Shown: positions 8,942 to 18,563, counted from the stretch's first letter. The stretch: 56,899 nucleotides of DNA from an uncultured Candidatus Saccharibacteria bacterium (GCA_964540445.1 CAZIMF010000001.1:1-56899), one strand, 5' to 3'. Notes: generated by a model from the sequence alone, not told the origin. Program-made: numbers and translations.

Positions 8942-9118
8942 AATAATTCTCTTTTAATTTAAAAAGCTCCAGCTGGTTGCCTGGAGCCCTCTTTGATTCG
9001 TTATCGTTCGTTACTGTATGAAAAGAGTTCCAGGCCTTACGCCGCAATCACGTCAATAATGCGCTTTGAGGCACAAGTTACTGGACGATTTTGCATGTTG
9101 TGGTGCTGGGTTTTCACA
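8942..9118 (-). promoter_or_regulatory. Candidate cis-regulatory leader RNA (attenuator or riboswitch-like), or a small RNA of about 155 nt
   Basis: It lies between a consensus promoter and the ATG. CCUGGAACUCUUU (9034-9022) can pair with AAAGAGGGCUCCAGG (8994-8980) and so compete with the terminator stem. Confidence 0.5.
8961..8987 (-). terminator. Intrinsic terminator hairpin inside the leader of the 8372-8941 gene
   Basis: Minus-strand RNA reads GCUCCAG-GCAACCAG-CUGGAGC followed by UUUUU, ending 19 nt before the ATG. Confidence 0.7.
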
Positions 9119-9125
9119 AGTACAA

Positions 9126-9153
9126 ATTATAACCCTTTCTAGAACTGTGTCAA
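9126..9153 (-). promoter_or_regulatory. Sigma70-type promoter (TTGACA-16 nt-TATAAT) reading leftwards
   Basis: The reverse complement reads tttgacacagttctagaaagggttataatttg; both hexamers match the consensus exactly. Confidence 0.7.
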
Positions 9154-9172
9154 ATTTTTTACGCAATTACTG

Positions 9173-9201
9173 TTAACAAATCAGCTAGCACATGGTATAC
9201 T
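9173..9201 (+). promoter_or_regulatory. Sigma70-type promoter for rplJL (TTAACA-17 nt-TATACT with TG extension)
   Basis: ttaacaaatcagctagcacatggtatact; back-to-back with the minus-strand promoter. Confidence 0.6.
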
Positions 9202-9207
9202 AATTAT

Positions 9208-9373
9208 TAGTTACCGAAGACAGTAGCGATGAGTCAAGTCAAAAGGCTTAATCATTTAAGAATGCTACCGAGGAAATGCATATTTTGTATTTTATAGTCT
9301 TTGGTTACGAACCAGAGACTTTTTTAATGGTCGATGTAAGTCATCTGGATAAAAGTAATCAAAAGGTACCAAA
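9208..9373 (+). promoter_or_regulatory. rplJ 5' leader (candidate L10 autoregulatory leader)
   Basis: 165-nt UTR with helix GUAGC (9223-9227)/GCUAC (9264-9268) flanked by CCGAAGACA and CGAGG, plus an internal terminator-like hairpin. Confidence 0.5.
9296..9325 (+). terminator. Attenuator hairpin in the rplJ leader
   Basis: agtctttgg-ttacgaa-ccagagact followed by ttttt, about 50 nt upstream of the rplJ ATG. Confidence 0.6.
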
Positions 9374-9901
9374 ATGGCTTTAACTAAGCAGAAGAAACAA
9401 GAAGTAATTGACGAAGTAGCTAAGCTGTTAGCTGAGTCTAAACTAACTGTTGTTGCCAAGTATACTGGTACTACGGTTAAACAAATACAGGCGCTCCGCC
9501 AAGAAGCCAAAAGTAATGATACGGTTGTTAGAGTTATTAAAAACCGTCTTGTTATCCAGGCTTTAAATGGCAGTGAACTGTACAAAGATGCAGATAAGAG
9601 CGAACTTACTGCTCAATTGCTCTACGCTTTTAACAGCGCAGACGAAGTTGCCCCCGCTAAAGTGCTGGCAGACTTTGCTAAGAAGAATCCCAGTATTCAA
9701 TTTGTCGGTGCCTATACCACCGATGGTTTGTTTGTTGGGGCCAACGAAGTAAAAGCGCTAGCCGCCTTGCCAAGTAAGAATCAAATGCTGGCTGGTCTTA
9801 TCTACACGCTTAACGCACCGCTAAACGGTGTAATGAGCGGTTTGAACAGCAATCTACATGGCTTACTAAAAGCACTTGAAGCTAAAGCAGCAACTAACTA
9901 A
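9374..9901 (+). CDS. rplJ: 50S ribosomal protein L10
   Basis: Typical L10 N-terminus ([31 protein letters not shown]) and position upstream of rplL. Confidence 0.93.
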   Translation: MALTKQKKQEVIDEVAKLLAESKLTVVAKYTGTTVKQIQALRQEAKSNDTVVRVIKNRLVIQALNGSELYKDADKSELTAQLLYAFNSADEVAPAKVLADFAKKNPSIQFVGAYTTDGLFVGANEVKALAALPSKNQMLAGLIYTLNAPLNGVMSGLNSNLHGLLKALEAKAATN

Positions 9902-9918
9902 TAATAAGGAATGACATC

Positions 9919-10302
9919 ATGGCAACAGATTTAAAGAAAATAGCCGAACAACTTGTGAACTTAAGTGTTCTTGAAGTTAACGAACTTGGCACAATATTAA
10001 AAGATGAATACGGCGTAGAACCAGCTGCGGCAGCTGTTGCAGTTGCAGCATCTGCTGGCGGCGCAGACGTAGGCCCTGCCGAAGACGCAAAAAGCGAGTT
10101 CGATATTGTACTTAAGGATGCTGGTGCTCAAAAAGTAGCAGTTATCAAGGCAGTAAAGGATATCACGGGACTTGGTCTTGGTGAAGCTAAGGCTCTTGTT
10201 GACGGAGCGCCTAGTACTCTTAAGGAAAAAGCTCCTAAAGATGAAGCTGAAGCAGCCAAAAAAGCACTAGAAGATGCCGGCGCAACTGTAGAACTTTCAT
10301 AG
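9919..10302 (+). CDS. rplL: 50S ribosomal protein L7/L12
   Basis: Ala-rich hinge, [27 protein letters not shown]... Confidence 0.95.
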   Translation: MATDLKKIAEQLVNLSVLEVNELGTILKDEYGVEPAAAAVAVAASAGGADVGPAEDAKSEFDIVLKDAGAQKVAVIKAVKDITGLGLGEAKALVDGAPSTLKEKAPKDEAEAAKKALEDAGATVELS

Positions 10303-10313
10303 TTTTGCATCAT

Positions 10314-10350
10314 AAAAGAGACTTAGCCATTTGGTTGAGTCTCTTTTTTT
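10314..10350 (+). terminator. Rho-independent terminator of rplJL
   Basis: aaaagagacttagcc-attt-ggttgagtctctttt stem followed by a T-run. Confidence 0.8.
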
Positions 10351-10364
10351 ATTACTAAATTTAG

Positions 10365-10411
10365 TACTATATCTCGGTTTCATTAAAAAATAATGAAGCA
10401 GAGATATAGTA
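10365..10411 (+). repeat. Conserved 45-nt intergenic hairpin, copy A
   Basis: tactatatctcggtttcatta-aaaaa-taatgaagcagagatatagta forms a 19-bp stem; about 40/45 identical to the copy at 40549-40592. Confidence 0.8.
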
Positions 10412-10571
10412 GCGGAATAGGTGAGTATCCCGGATGCTATTACGTATTATCCACAGATCTAACGGTGGTTACTTTACTTCATAAACCATTCGTGATACTC
10501 TTCGGGAGAAAGTGTAACAATACAAAAAGTAATGTCACTGTAGAGTTTAGAGTATAATAGAGACTGAAAAT

Positions 10572-11081
10572 ATGGCAGATGTTCCTGACAAACAAATAAA
10601 AAGACTCCGAGCACTTATAGTAGAGGCCGAAACTAGCCTGGCTGCCGCTAAGGAGCTGTTGCTTAGTCTTCTTGGCGAAGACCCGGTTGCAACGGCTACC
10701 AATAAAGAGGAGAACATCGGTAAGGTTATCGAAGGTGTTTTCGATGGTCAAAACATGGTTGGTAGCGATAGCAAAACCTATCCAGTCCCCGCAAATTACG
10801 CCAGTAAGTCCAAGCTTGTTCAAGGTGACATTCTTAAGCTCACTATTGCCGACGATGGTACATTCTTATACAAACAAATTGGCCCCATCCCTCGTAAACA
10901 AGTTGTTGGCACCCTTGAACTTCAAGACGGTCACTATTTTGTAACCGTTGGCGATCACAAGTACCGCGTTTTACTTGCCAGCGTAACTTACTTTAAAGCC
11001 AAACCAGGCGATCAGGTAAGCGTTAATGTGCCACAAGACGAGGTGGATGCCGAGTGGGCAGCCCTCGAAGCTGCTTTGTAA
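10572..11081 (+). CDS. Hypothetical protein (169 aa)
   Basis: Clean ORF with a TATAAT box about 15 nt upstream of the ATG; no recognisable motif. Confidence 0.6.
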   Translation: MADVPDKQIKRLRALIVEAETSLAAAKELLLSLLGEDPVATATNKEENIGKVIEGVFDGQNMVGSDSKTYPVPANYASKSKLVQGDILKLTIADDGTFLYKQIGPIPRKQVVGTLELQDGHYFVTVGDHKYRVLLASVTYFKAKPGDQVSVNVPQDEVDAEWAALEAAL

Positions 11082-11130
11082 TTAATACATTCGGAATTAC
11101 ACCAACTAGCTACTTTAATAAGTACTAGAC

Positions 11131-12594
11131 ATGGGAAAAGCTCTCTACCGACAGTACCGGCCTTCCTCATTTGAGGAGGTTATCGGTCAGGATCATATTA
11201 CTACCACGCTCAAGAACAGCTTGAGTGCCGGGTCGATTGGTCATGCCTATCTGCTTACCGGCCCACGCGGCCTGGGTAAGACAAGCGTAGCCCGTATTCT
11301 GGCGTACGCAGTTAATGATTTACCATATCAAAAAGACAGTACCCATATGGATATTATCGAGATTGACGCGGCCTCAAATCGCCGGATCGACGAAATCCGC
11401 ACCCTACGGGAACGTGTAAGCACAGCACCGACAAGCGGGAAGTATAAAGTCTATATTATTGATGAAGTGCACATGCTTACCCGTGAAGCCTTTAACGCCT
11501 TGCTTAAAACACTCGAGGAGCCGCCAGCACACGTTATTTTTATATTAGCGACAACCGAAATTCACAAACTTCCCGACACCATCATTAGTCGTTGCATTAC
11601 GTTTACCTTTCGACCTATCGATCATGATGGCATGGTAAAACATTTAGCCTATATTGCCAGCACAGAGAAGCTTGATATTGATACTGGCGCACTCGAACTG
11701 CTAGCCCGTCACGGCGATGGCAGCTTCCGCGATAGTATATCTCTGCTCGATCAGGTAAAGAATGTTGGCAAAAAAATAACCGTCAATGATATTGAGTTAG
11801 CGCTTGGCCTGGCTTCACAAGAAGTAGTCCAAAGCATCCTAGAAGCAGTAATGAGTGGCCAACCACAAATGCTGGCAGCAGCTCTCGAAACAGCTTATCT
11901 GTATGGCGCAAGCGAGACTAACCTCAGCAAGCAAGTAGCCGCGCAACTTCGTAACGATCTGTTAAGCGGAAGTACCAGCTTTTCTTCCGAGGATGCACTC
12001 CGCATGCTTGCTGAGTTATTAACAGTTCCAGCATCGCCTAAGCCCCGTGCAAAACTCGAATTGTGCTTGCTGAATCAACTTTTTCGTGTGCACCCGCTGG
12101 TTCAACAATCTCCTGCTTTTTTGCCAGAAGCACCTGCTGCAGTAGAGACTGTATCAGAACAAATAGATACAATAGAGACCAAAACACCGCTTCAAAATCC
12201 TCTAGATCATGTCCGTCATGAGGAGCATCCTCAGGTGCTTTCAGCTTCAGCTGAAACAATCGAGTCAGCAGAAAGTGAGCTATGGGATGAGGTATTGCAA
12301 AAACTTAAAATTCAAAATAATACACTGTACGGTATTGCGCGTATGGCACAAGCCGAACAAACTCGAAATAAATTATTATTGAGCTTTAAATTTCCGTTTC
12401 ATTTTCGTCAAGTTAATCAACCCAAAAATAAATCAATTATTACCGCTATCCTTGAAAAACTTAGCTCAAACAATATTGAGTTAGTCATCATCCAAGCAGA
12501 TGGTGCAAAAAAAGCGCCTAAGCCTATCGGGACAGATAAAACAATTTCAAACATAACCAATATTTTTGGTGACAGTGAAGTGTTAGAATCCTAG
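11131..12594 (+). CDS. dnaX: DNA polymerase III subunit gamma/tau
   Basis: GHAYLLTGPRGLGKTS Walker A, YIIDEVHMLT, SRCITFTF sensor motifs. Confidence 0.95.
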   Translation: MGKALYRQYRPSSFEEVIGQDHITTTLKNSLSAGSIGHAYLLTGPRGLGKTSVARILAYAVNDLPYQKDSTHMDIIEIDAASNRRIDEIRTLRERVSTAPTSGKYKVYIIDEVHMLTREAFNALLKTLEEPPAHVIFILATTEIHKLPDTIISRCITFTFRPIDHDGMVKHLAYIASTEKLDIDTGALELLARHGDGSFRDSISLLDQVKNVGKKITVNDIELALGLASQEVVQSILEAVMSGQPQMLAAALETAYLYGASETNLSKQVAAQLRNDLLSGSTSFSSEDALRMLAELLTVPASPKPRAKLELCLLNQLFRVHPLVQQSPAFLPEAPAAVETVSEQIDTIETKTPLQNPLDHVRHEEHPQVLSASAETIESAESELWDEVLQKLKIQNNTLYGIARMAQAEQTRNKLLLSFKFPFHFRQVNQPKNKSIITAILEKLSSNNIELVIIQADGAKKAPKPIGTDKTISNITNIFGDSEVLES

Positions 12595-12596
12595 TA

Positions 12597-13958
12597 ATGG
12601 ACCCAAAAACTGCAAAATTACCACCACAGAATCCAGAGGCTGAAGCCAGCCTGCTTGGTGCCATTCTAATTGATAGCGACGCGATCGTTAAAGTTGCCGA
12701 TATTATTACCCGAGATGATTTTTATGATGAACGCCACTCACATATATATGATGCGCTTAAAAACCTCTACGAAAAACATAGCCCAATCGATGTATTAACG
12801 CTTTCAAACGAACTCCGCAACAACGGATTAATTGATACTGTAGGTGGAGCATCCTACCTAACTGAATTGACTAATTTTGTACCGAGTGCGGCCCATGTTA
12901 TGCAGTACGCTGAGATTGTTTCAACTAAGGCAATGCGACGCCGACTCATCAAAGCTAGTCAAGACATCATTAACTTAGGTTACGATGAGTCAGAGGGCCT
13001 ACAGTCTTTAGTTGAGCAAGCAGAAACACGTCTGTTTGAAGTAAGCCAAAAGCAGGTTAAGCAAGATGTGGTTAGTCTTGAGCAAGTTTTAGGCGAAAGT
13101 TTTGAACGGCTTGATGAGCTTCATAAAGACAAGGGAACAATTCGTGGCATTCCTACTGGCTATAAAGACCTCGATAATATTTTGGCAGGCTTGCAGCGGG
13201 GGGATTTGTTTGTATTGGGTGGCCGGCCTAGTATAGGCAAAACCGCAATGGTCTTGAATCTGGCGCATAATGTGGCAGTAGCTGCCGAACAGCGTGTGCT
13301 TATTTTTAGCCTAGAGATGGGCAAAGAACAGTTAGTCGACCGTATGTTAGCACGTGAATCGGGTGTAGATGCCTGGGCGCTGCGTACTGGAAATCTTACC
13401 GATACTGATTTCGAAAAAATTGGTCAGGCCATGGGAACTCTTAGCGAAGCGCAGATTTATATTGATGACAGCCCCGGTCTTACCGTCAGTGATATGCGTA
13501 CTAAAGCCCGTCGTGAAGCACATCAACACCCACTAGGACTTATCATTGTAGATTACTTACAATTAATGAGCGGTGGTAGTAAATTTGGCAGCGATGCGGG
13601 CAACCGTGTACAGGAGATTTCGGAAATTTCGCGGGGGCTTAAAGGTATAGCTCGTGAACTTAATGTGCCAATACTGGCTCTAAGCCAATTGAGCCGTTCG
13701 GTTGAAAGTCGCAGCCCGCCTATCCCAGGACTGGCCGATTTGCGTGAATCTGGATCAATCGAGCAAGACGCAGACGTGGTGGCGTTTCTTTATCGTGAAG
13801 AATACTATAATCCCGAAACTGAACGTAAGAATATAATGGATGTTTTCATCAGAAAACATCGAAATGGTCCAACTGGTGCGGTAGAGCTTTACTTTGACCG
13901 CGAGAAACAGCGTATTCGTAGTGTTGATAGCCGCCATAGCACACCATTCGACAATTAG
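12597..13958 (+). CDS. dnaB: Replicative DNA helicase DnaB
   Basis: PPQNPEAEASLLGAIL N-terminus, GGRPSIGKTA Walker A, IIVDYLQLM, ALSQLSR. Confidence 0.95.
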   Translation: MDPKTAKLPPQNPEAEASLLGAILIDSDAIVKVADIITRDDFYDERHSHIYDALKNLYEKHSPIDVLTLSNELRNNGLIDTVGGASYLTELTNFVPSAAHVMQYAEIVSTKAMRRRLIKASQDIINLGYDESEGLQSLVEQAETRLFEVSQKQVKQDVVSLEQVLGESFERLDELHKDKGTIRGIPTGYKDLDNILAGLQRGDLFVLGGRPSIGKTAMVLNLAHNVAVAAEQRVLIFSLEMGKEQLVDRMLARESGVDAWALRTGNLTDTDFEKIGQAMGTLSEAQIYIDDSPGLTVSDMRTKARREAHQHPLGLIIVDYLQLMSGGSKFGSDAGNRVQEISEISRGLKGIARELNVPILALSQLSRSVESRSPPIPGLADLRESGSIEQDADVVAFLYREEYYNPETERKNIMDVFIRKHRNGPTGAVELYFDREKQRIRSVDSRHSTPFDN

Positions 13959-13995
13959 TGATCGAATCACCTCTGGTTTGCTACAATAAGACAGT

Positions 13996-15195
13996 ATGAA
14001 AAAACCTAATGTTGTTATTCCGCGTCTTGATGATATTGCCGGCATTGTTATTAGCCCACTGATACTACCAACTATAATCGGTATAACTGCGCTGGGGCTT
14101 CTTGGATACCATCTATTGCGATTAGTGCCCTTCGGGCCCAACGAACAAGCCCAGCACCTTGGTTCAGCTACCATGAGTGCTATTAAGAACGACATATCAT
14201 TTGGCCCCCTTAAAGGTGCCCAGATAACTCTATTAAAAATTACAGAAAATGATATTTACATGCGGCTGGCGTCGGTAGCCGTTGCATTGGTGGCTGCCCT
14301 CATCTTGTACGCAATGCTCCGAAAATGGTATACCGCTCGAGTTTCATTCTTAACTTCTATAATGTTTATTACTTCCAGCTGGTTTTTACATCAGGGAAGA
14401 CTAGTAAATCTTGACGTCCTTTACTTGATAACTGCGCCGGCCGTTCTGGTTGCCTTTATGCTGCTTATTTCAAAGCGTAACAGCAGAAAACTTCCTATCG
14501 TAGCTATTTTGCTTGCTCTAACACTGTACACACCGGGAACTTGGCCCTTTATAATCTTTGTAGCAGTAGTCCTGCGAAAGCATATAATTAGTGCATTAAA
14601 AGTTATTAGTAGAAAAGTAAAACTTATCAGCGCGGGGTTGTTTTTAGTAATTTTAGCTCCACTTGTATATAGCTTTGTTGTAAAGTCAGAACAGATTGTC
14701 AGATGGCTCGGGCTCGATATACATCAAACTTTTTCAGCTCATGCCATAGGCTCTCATTTGCTGGCGATACCAAAACAGCTACTTTATCATGGTCCAGCCG
14801 ATGCGGGCATTTGGTTGGTTGGTACCCCTGTATTTGACATAATGACGACGGCACTTATTGTGCTTGGCTCATATGCCTATGTAACGGGACATTACGCATC
14901 TCGGCAGACGTTAGTATTTGGCATGCTGATCATTGCAGTCATACTTATTGGTATCGGAAATGTAACTACTCTTAGTTTACTCATACCAGTACTTTACTTA
15001 GTGGTTGCAAACGGAATTGCCTATATGCTCCAGAGTTGGTTTACCGTATTCCCGCGCAATCCTGTGGCTCGTCCAATCGGGCTTGCTATACTGTGCATCG
15101 TGATTGCAGGTTCATGTTTTTACCAGCTCAATCGATACTTTGTTGCGTGGCCACACGCCGCCAATACCAGACAGGCACTACTCTCTGAGCGCTAA
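13996..15195 (+). CDS. Polytopic membrane protein, possibly a GT-C (ArnT/PMT-like) glycosyltransferase
   Basis: About 10 hydrophobic segments and loose resemblance to GT39/GT83 N-regions; no catalytic motif verified. Confidence 0.4.
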   Translation: MKKPNVVIPRLDDIAGIVISPLILPTIIGITALGLLGYHLLRLVPFGPNEQAQHLGSATMSAIKNDISFGPLKGAQITLLKITENDIYMRLASVAVALVAALILYAMLRKWYTARVSFLTSIMFITSSWFLHQGRLVNLDVLYLITAPAVLVAFMLLISKRNSRKLPIVAILLALTLYTPGTWPFIIFVAVVLRKHIISALKVISRKVKLISAGLFLVILAPLVYSFVVKSEQIVRWLGLDIHQTFSAHAIGSHLLAIPKQLLYHGPADAGIWLVGTPVFDIMTTALIVLGSYAYVTGHYASRQTLVFGMLIIAVILIGIGNVTTLSLLIPVLYLVVANGIAYMLQSWFTVFPRNPVARPIGLAILCIVIAGSCFYQLNRYFVAWPHAANTRQALLSER

Positions 15196-15231
15196 TCTGT
15201 TACAATATAATCAGAAATAGGAGACATACCC

Positions 15232-15525
15232 GTGAATAAATTTGACCAGGCAAAAATGCTTATGAAAGTTAAAAAGATGCAGAAAGAGCTGCAAAAACAA
15301 ATTATTGTTGTATCGGCTGGCGATGATGCAGTAACTGTCGAAATTACTGGCGAACAAAAAATTAAACGAATTCATATAGATCCAGAGCGGGTTGATGTAG
15401 ATGACATTCGAACCACTGAAAAATACGTAGAAGAAGCAGTTAAGCAAGCTATCGCTAAAAGTCAGCAGGTTGCAGCCGAAAAGATGCAGCCAATGATGGG
15501 CATGCTTGGTAACCTCGGTTTGTAA
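15232..15525 (+). CDS. ybaB: Nucleoid-associated protein YbaB/EbfC
   Basis: KMQKELQK...VTVEITGEQKIKRIHIDPE pattern, GTG start, position upstream of recR. Confidence 0.85.
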   Translation: MNKFDQAKMLMKVKKMQKELQKQIIVVSAGDDAVTVEITGEQKIKRIHIDPERVDVDDIRTTEKYVEEAVKQAIAKSQQVAAEKMQPMMGMLGNLGL

Positions 15526-15542
15526 GAGCCTGTTAATTATCT

Positions 15543-16148
15543 GTGAGCGTACTTCCAAAAGCACTTGAAGATGCCATGTCGGCGCTGGGCGCATTGCCTG
15601 GTGTTGGCCCGCGTAGCGCTGAACGCTACGCTTATTATTTACTTCGAGCAGATCGCTCTAAAAGCCACCAAATTGCTAAAGCACTCGAGCTTTTACATGA
15701 AAATGTTAAGTATTGTCCTCGAACTTTCGCTTTCATTGACCCTTTAGATGATCTGTCGCCCCTATACACAGATCCCGCCCGGGACAAAACAGTTGTGGCT
15801 GTTGTCGAAGATCCGTTTGATATTGTTGCGTTAGAGCGCACAGGGCAGTTTAAGGGGACATATCATGTTCTTGGGGGAATGATCTCGCCTATCGACAATA
15901 TCGGGCCAGAAAAACTACATATTAAAGAACTGTTAACTAGAATCGATGAAGATGGAGTAAAAGAGATAATACTAGCTACCAACGCCAGTGTTGAAGGTGA
16001 ATCAACTGCGCTGTTTCTTCAGCAGGAAATAGGGAACCGTAAGGTCAAAGTTACCCGTCTCGCCCGCGGCCTGCCTATCGGGCTTGATATAGAATACGCC
16101 GACCAGATAACACTTAGCAGAGCACTCGAAGGCAGACAGGCCTTCTAA
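15543..16148 (+). CDS. recR: Recombination protein RecR
   Basis: LPGVGPRSAERYAYYLL helix-hairpin-helix, Toprim region VVEDPFDIVALE. Confidence 0.93.
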   Translation: MSVLPKALEDAMSALGALPGVGPRSAERYAYYLLRADRSKSHQIAKALELLHENVKYCPRTFAFIDPLDDLSPLYTDPARDKTVVAVVEDPFDIVALERTGQFKGTYHVLGGMISPIDNIGPEKLHIKELLTRIDEDGVKEIILATNASVEGESTALFLQQEIGNRKVKVTRLARGLPIGLDIEYADQITLSRALEGRQAF

Positions 16149-17176
16149 TGCCTCAGGAGCAAGCAATTCAGACTATAGTTGCCGATGCTAATAGTATTGT
16201 TATTGTGCAAGCTGATAATCCTGACGGTGATAGCTTAGCGAGCGCTTTAGCGCTCGAACATATTCTCGGCGACTTAGGCCGCGAGGTCCATTTATATTGC
16301 GGTACAGTTATACCAACCTATCTCCGCTATCTGGACGGCTGGGATCGGGTACAAACTGAATTGCCAATTGGTTTTGATGCCAGTATTATTGTTGACGCCA
16401 GCGCCATTATTTTATTAGAGCAATTGCAAAAGACAGGCTCAATTAGCTGGTTAAAAGCTAAACCATGTATTGTGCTCGATCATCATACTGCCGGTGCTGC
16501 TACGATTGATTTTGCAACCATAATGCACATCCAAGAAGCGGTTTCCACTGGTGAAATTATTTATGAGTTAAGCCAAGAATTTAACTGGAGCCGCAGCCAG
16601 CAAGCCAATGAGCTACTTATGACCTCGATGATGTCCGACAGTATGGGGCTTACCACCGAAGCCACTACTGCACGTAGTATTGCTATAGTGTCAGAGCTGG
16701 TTGCTCAGGGTGTGAGCATACCAGCCCTCGAAGATAAACGCCGGGCAATGCATAAAAAGAGTCCTGAGCTATTAGCCTATAAAGCTCAATTACTAAGCCG
16801 CGTTGAGTACAGCGAGGATCAACACCTTGCCTTTGTCACTATCCCCTGGGAAGAAATCGAAAAATATAGTCATGAATACAACCCTTCGATTTTAGTCCTC
16901 GATGAAATGCGGATGGTAACCGATGTACGCCTTGCTATTGCATTTAAAACCTACCCCGACGGAAAAGTGACAGCAAAACTGCGCGCTAACTATGGCTATG
17001 GTATAGCCTCTGACCTAGCAACGCATTTTGGGGGAGGCGGTCATCCATATGCGGCAGGATTTAAAGTTACCAACGGGCGATCGTTCGCAGATATAAAAGC
17101 AGACTGCATAAAAACAGCAACCGAATTACTTGCTACACTAAAAGCAAAGCAGGACAAAACTGATGAAACTACATAA
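16148..17176 (+). CDS. DHH-family phosphoesterase (NrnA-like oligoribonuclease/pAp phosphatase)
   Basis: DNPDGDSLASALAL, VLDHH, GGGGHPYAAGF (DHHA1) motifs. Confidence 0.85.
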   Translation: MPQEQAIQTIVADANSIVIVQADNPDGDSLASALALEHILGDLGREVHLYCGTVIPTYLRYLDGWDRVQTELPIGFDASIIVDASAIILLEQLQKTGSISWLKAKPCIVLDHHTAGAATIDFATIMHIQEAVSTGEIIYELSQEFNWSRSQQANELLMTSMMSDSMGLTTEATTARSIAIVSELVAQGVSIPALEDKRRAMHKKSPELLAYKAQLLSRVEYSEDQHLAFVTIPWEEIEKYSHEYNPSILVLDEMRMVTDVRLAIAFKTYPDGKVTAKLRANYGYGIASDLATHFGGGGHPYAAGFKVTNGRSFADIKADCIKTATELLATLKAKQDKTDETT

Positions 17177-18563
17177 TACGCTCACTCGACAAATTGAAGA
17201 TTTTACTCCACTAAACGACAACCAGATTCGTCTGTATTCCTGTGGCCCAACAGTCTATGACAATCTGACGGTTGGTAACTGGACTGCGTATGTTCGCTGG
17301 GATGTACTTGCACGCACTCTTCTGGCAAGCGGCTATGCACTTGATTGGTATATGAATATTACCGATGTAGGCCATTTGGTTAGCGACGGTGATGAAGGCG
17401 AAGATAAATTAGAAAAGAGTGCCCGACGCGAGGGCAAAACAGCTTGGGAAGTAGCAGAATATTATACGAAGGACTTTTTAAACGGACTTGATGCATTAAA
17501 CATTTCTATGGATCACAGCAAATTGGTTAAAGCTACCGACCATATCCCCGAGCAAATTGCGCTTATTCAAGTGCTTGAGTCAAAGGGCTATACCTATATC
17601 ATCGATGATGGCGTCTATTTTGATAGTACTAAGTTCCCGGGTTACGGGAAAATGGCTAAGCTCGACTTAGCAGGTCAGCAAGCCGGTAAGCGAGTAGACA
17701 TTGGTCAGAAAAAGCACCCTTCAGATTTTGCACTCTGGAAGCTTTCACCGAAAAACAAATCACGTGATATGGAATGGGAAAGCCCCTGGGGAACCGGGTT
17801 TCCCGGCTGGCATATTGAGTGCTCGGCAATGGCTATGAAGTACCTCGGTGATACTCTAGACATACACACAGGAGGCATTGATCATATTCCGGTGCATCAT
17901 ACCAACGAAATTGCCCAAAGTGAAGCTGCCACCGGTAAACAATTCGTACGGTACTGGGTGCATGGTAATTTTATGCAAATTAATGGAACTAAAATTGCAA
18001 AAAGCTTAGGCAATGGCTACACCTTGCATGACCTTACCGAAAAAGGTTTTTCGGGAGATGATTTTAGAATGCTTGTTCTGCAAAGCCAATATCGAACCGA
18101 GGCCAACTTTACATGGGAGGCAATGAGTGCAGCTCAAAGCCGTCTCAAAACACTTCAGGCATTTGCTGATTTACGGTTTCAGCCCCTAAATGTGTCTATA
18201 AATCCCTCGACGGCCGATTTACAGCAAAAACAAACTGAGATCCTAGGACATTTACAAAACGATCTTAATACACCACGAGCCCTTGAAACGTTAGCGCAAG
18301 TCATTAATGGTTTCCCGAGCGGCATAGCTTTATCAGAGGTAAAGGAATTTACTGATTTTATTCTTGCCATTGATTCGTTGCTTGGCCTGCAACTGGGCAC
18401 ATCAATGGATATTACGGCAGCTCAAAAAGAGTTACTTCATACTCGACGCATAGCCCGCGAGAACAAAGACTGGAAGGCATCTGATGACATCAGGGACACC
18501 CTACTTACAGAAAATATTGCTGTTCGTGATACCGATCAAGGACCAATTTGGTACCGAGCTTAG
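17163..18563 (+). CDS. cysS: Cysteine--tRNA ligase
   Basis: CGPTVYD, GWHIECSAM, KIAKSLGN (KMSKS-like). Confidence 0.95.
   Translation: MKLHNTLTRQIEDFTPLNDNQIRLYSCGPTVYDNLTVGNWTAYVRWDVLARTLLASGYALDWYMNITDVGHLVSDGDEGEDKLEKSARREGKTAWEVAEYYTKDFLNGLDALNISMDHSKLVKATDHIPEQIALIQVLESKGYTYIIDDGVYFDSTKFPGYGKMAKLDLAGQQAGKRVDIGQKKHPSDFALWKLSPKNKSRDMEWESPWGTGFPGWHIECSAMAMKYLGDTLDIHTGGIDHIPVHHTNEIAQSEAATGKQFVRYWVHGNFMQINGTKIAKSLGNGYTLHDLTEKGFSGDDFRMLVLQSQYRTEANFTWEAMSAAQSRLKTLQAFADLRFQPLNVSINPSTADLQQKQTEILGHLQNDLNTPRALETLAQVINGFPSGIALSEVKEFTDFILAIDSLLGLQLGTSMDITAAQKELLHTRRIARENKDWKASDDIRDTLLTENIAVRDTDQGPIWYRA

Noticed and set aside
10447-10455. Perfect DnaA box TTATCCACA near dnaX and dnaB
   Set aside because: It is a single copy with no cluster of boxes, no adjacent AT-rich unwinding element and no dnaA or dnaN. 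One perfect 9-mer in 57 kb on two strands is not unlikely by chance.
11770-11776. A7 run in dnaX as a programmed frameshift or slippage site for a gamma subunit (also a second A7 run near 12505)
   Set aside because: The first run lies at about residue 213, inside the ATPase/lid region, and the second about 25 residues from the C-terminus. Neither position would yield a functional gamma-like product.
13755-14195. 146-aa minus-strand ORF spanning the dnaB end and the start of the membrane protein gene
   Set aside because: It is antisense to two well-supported genes and has no motif or RBS.
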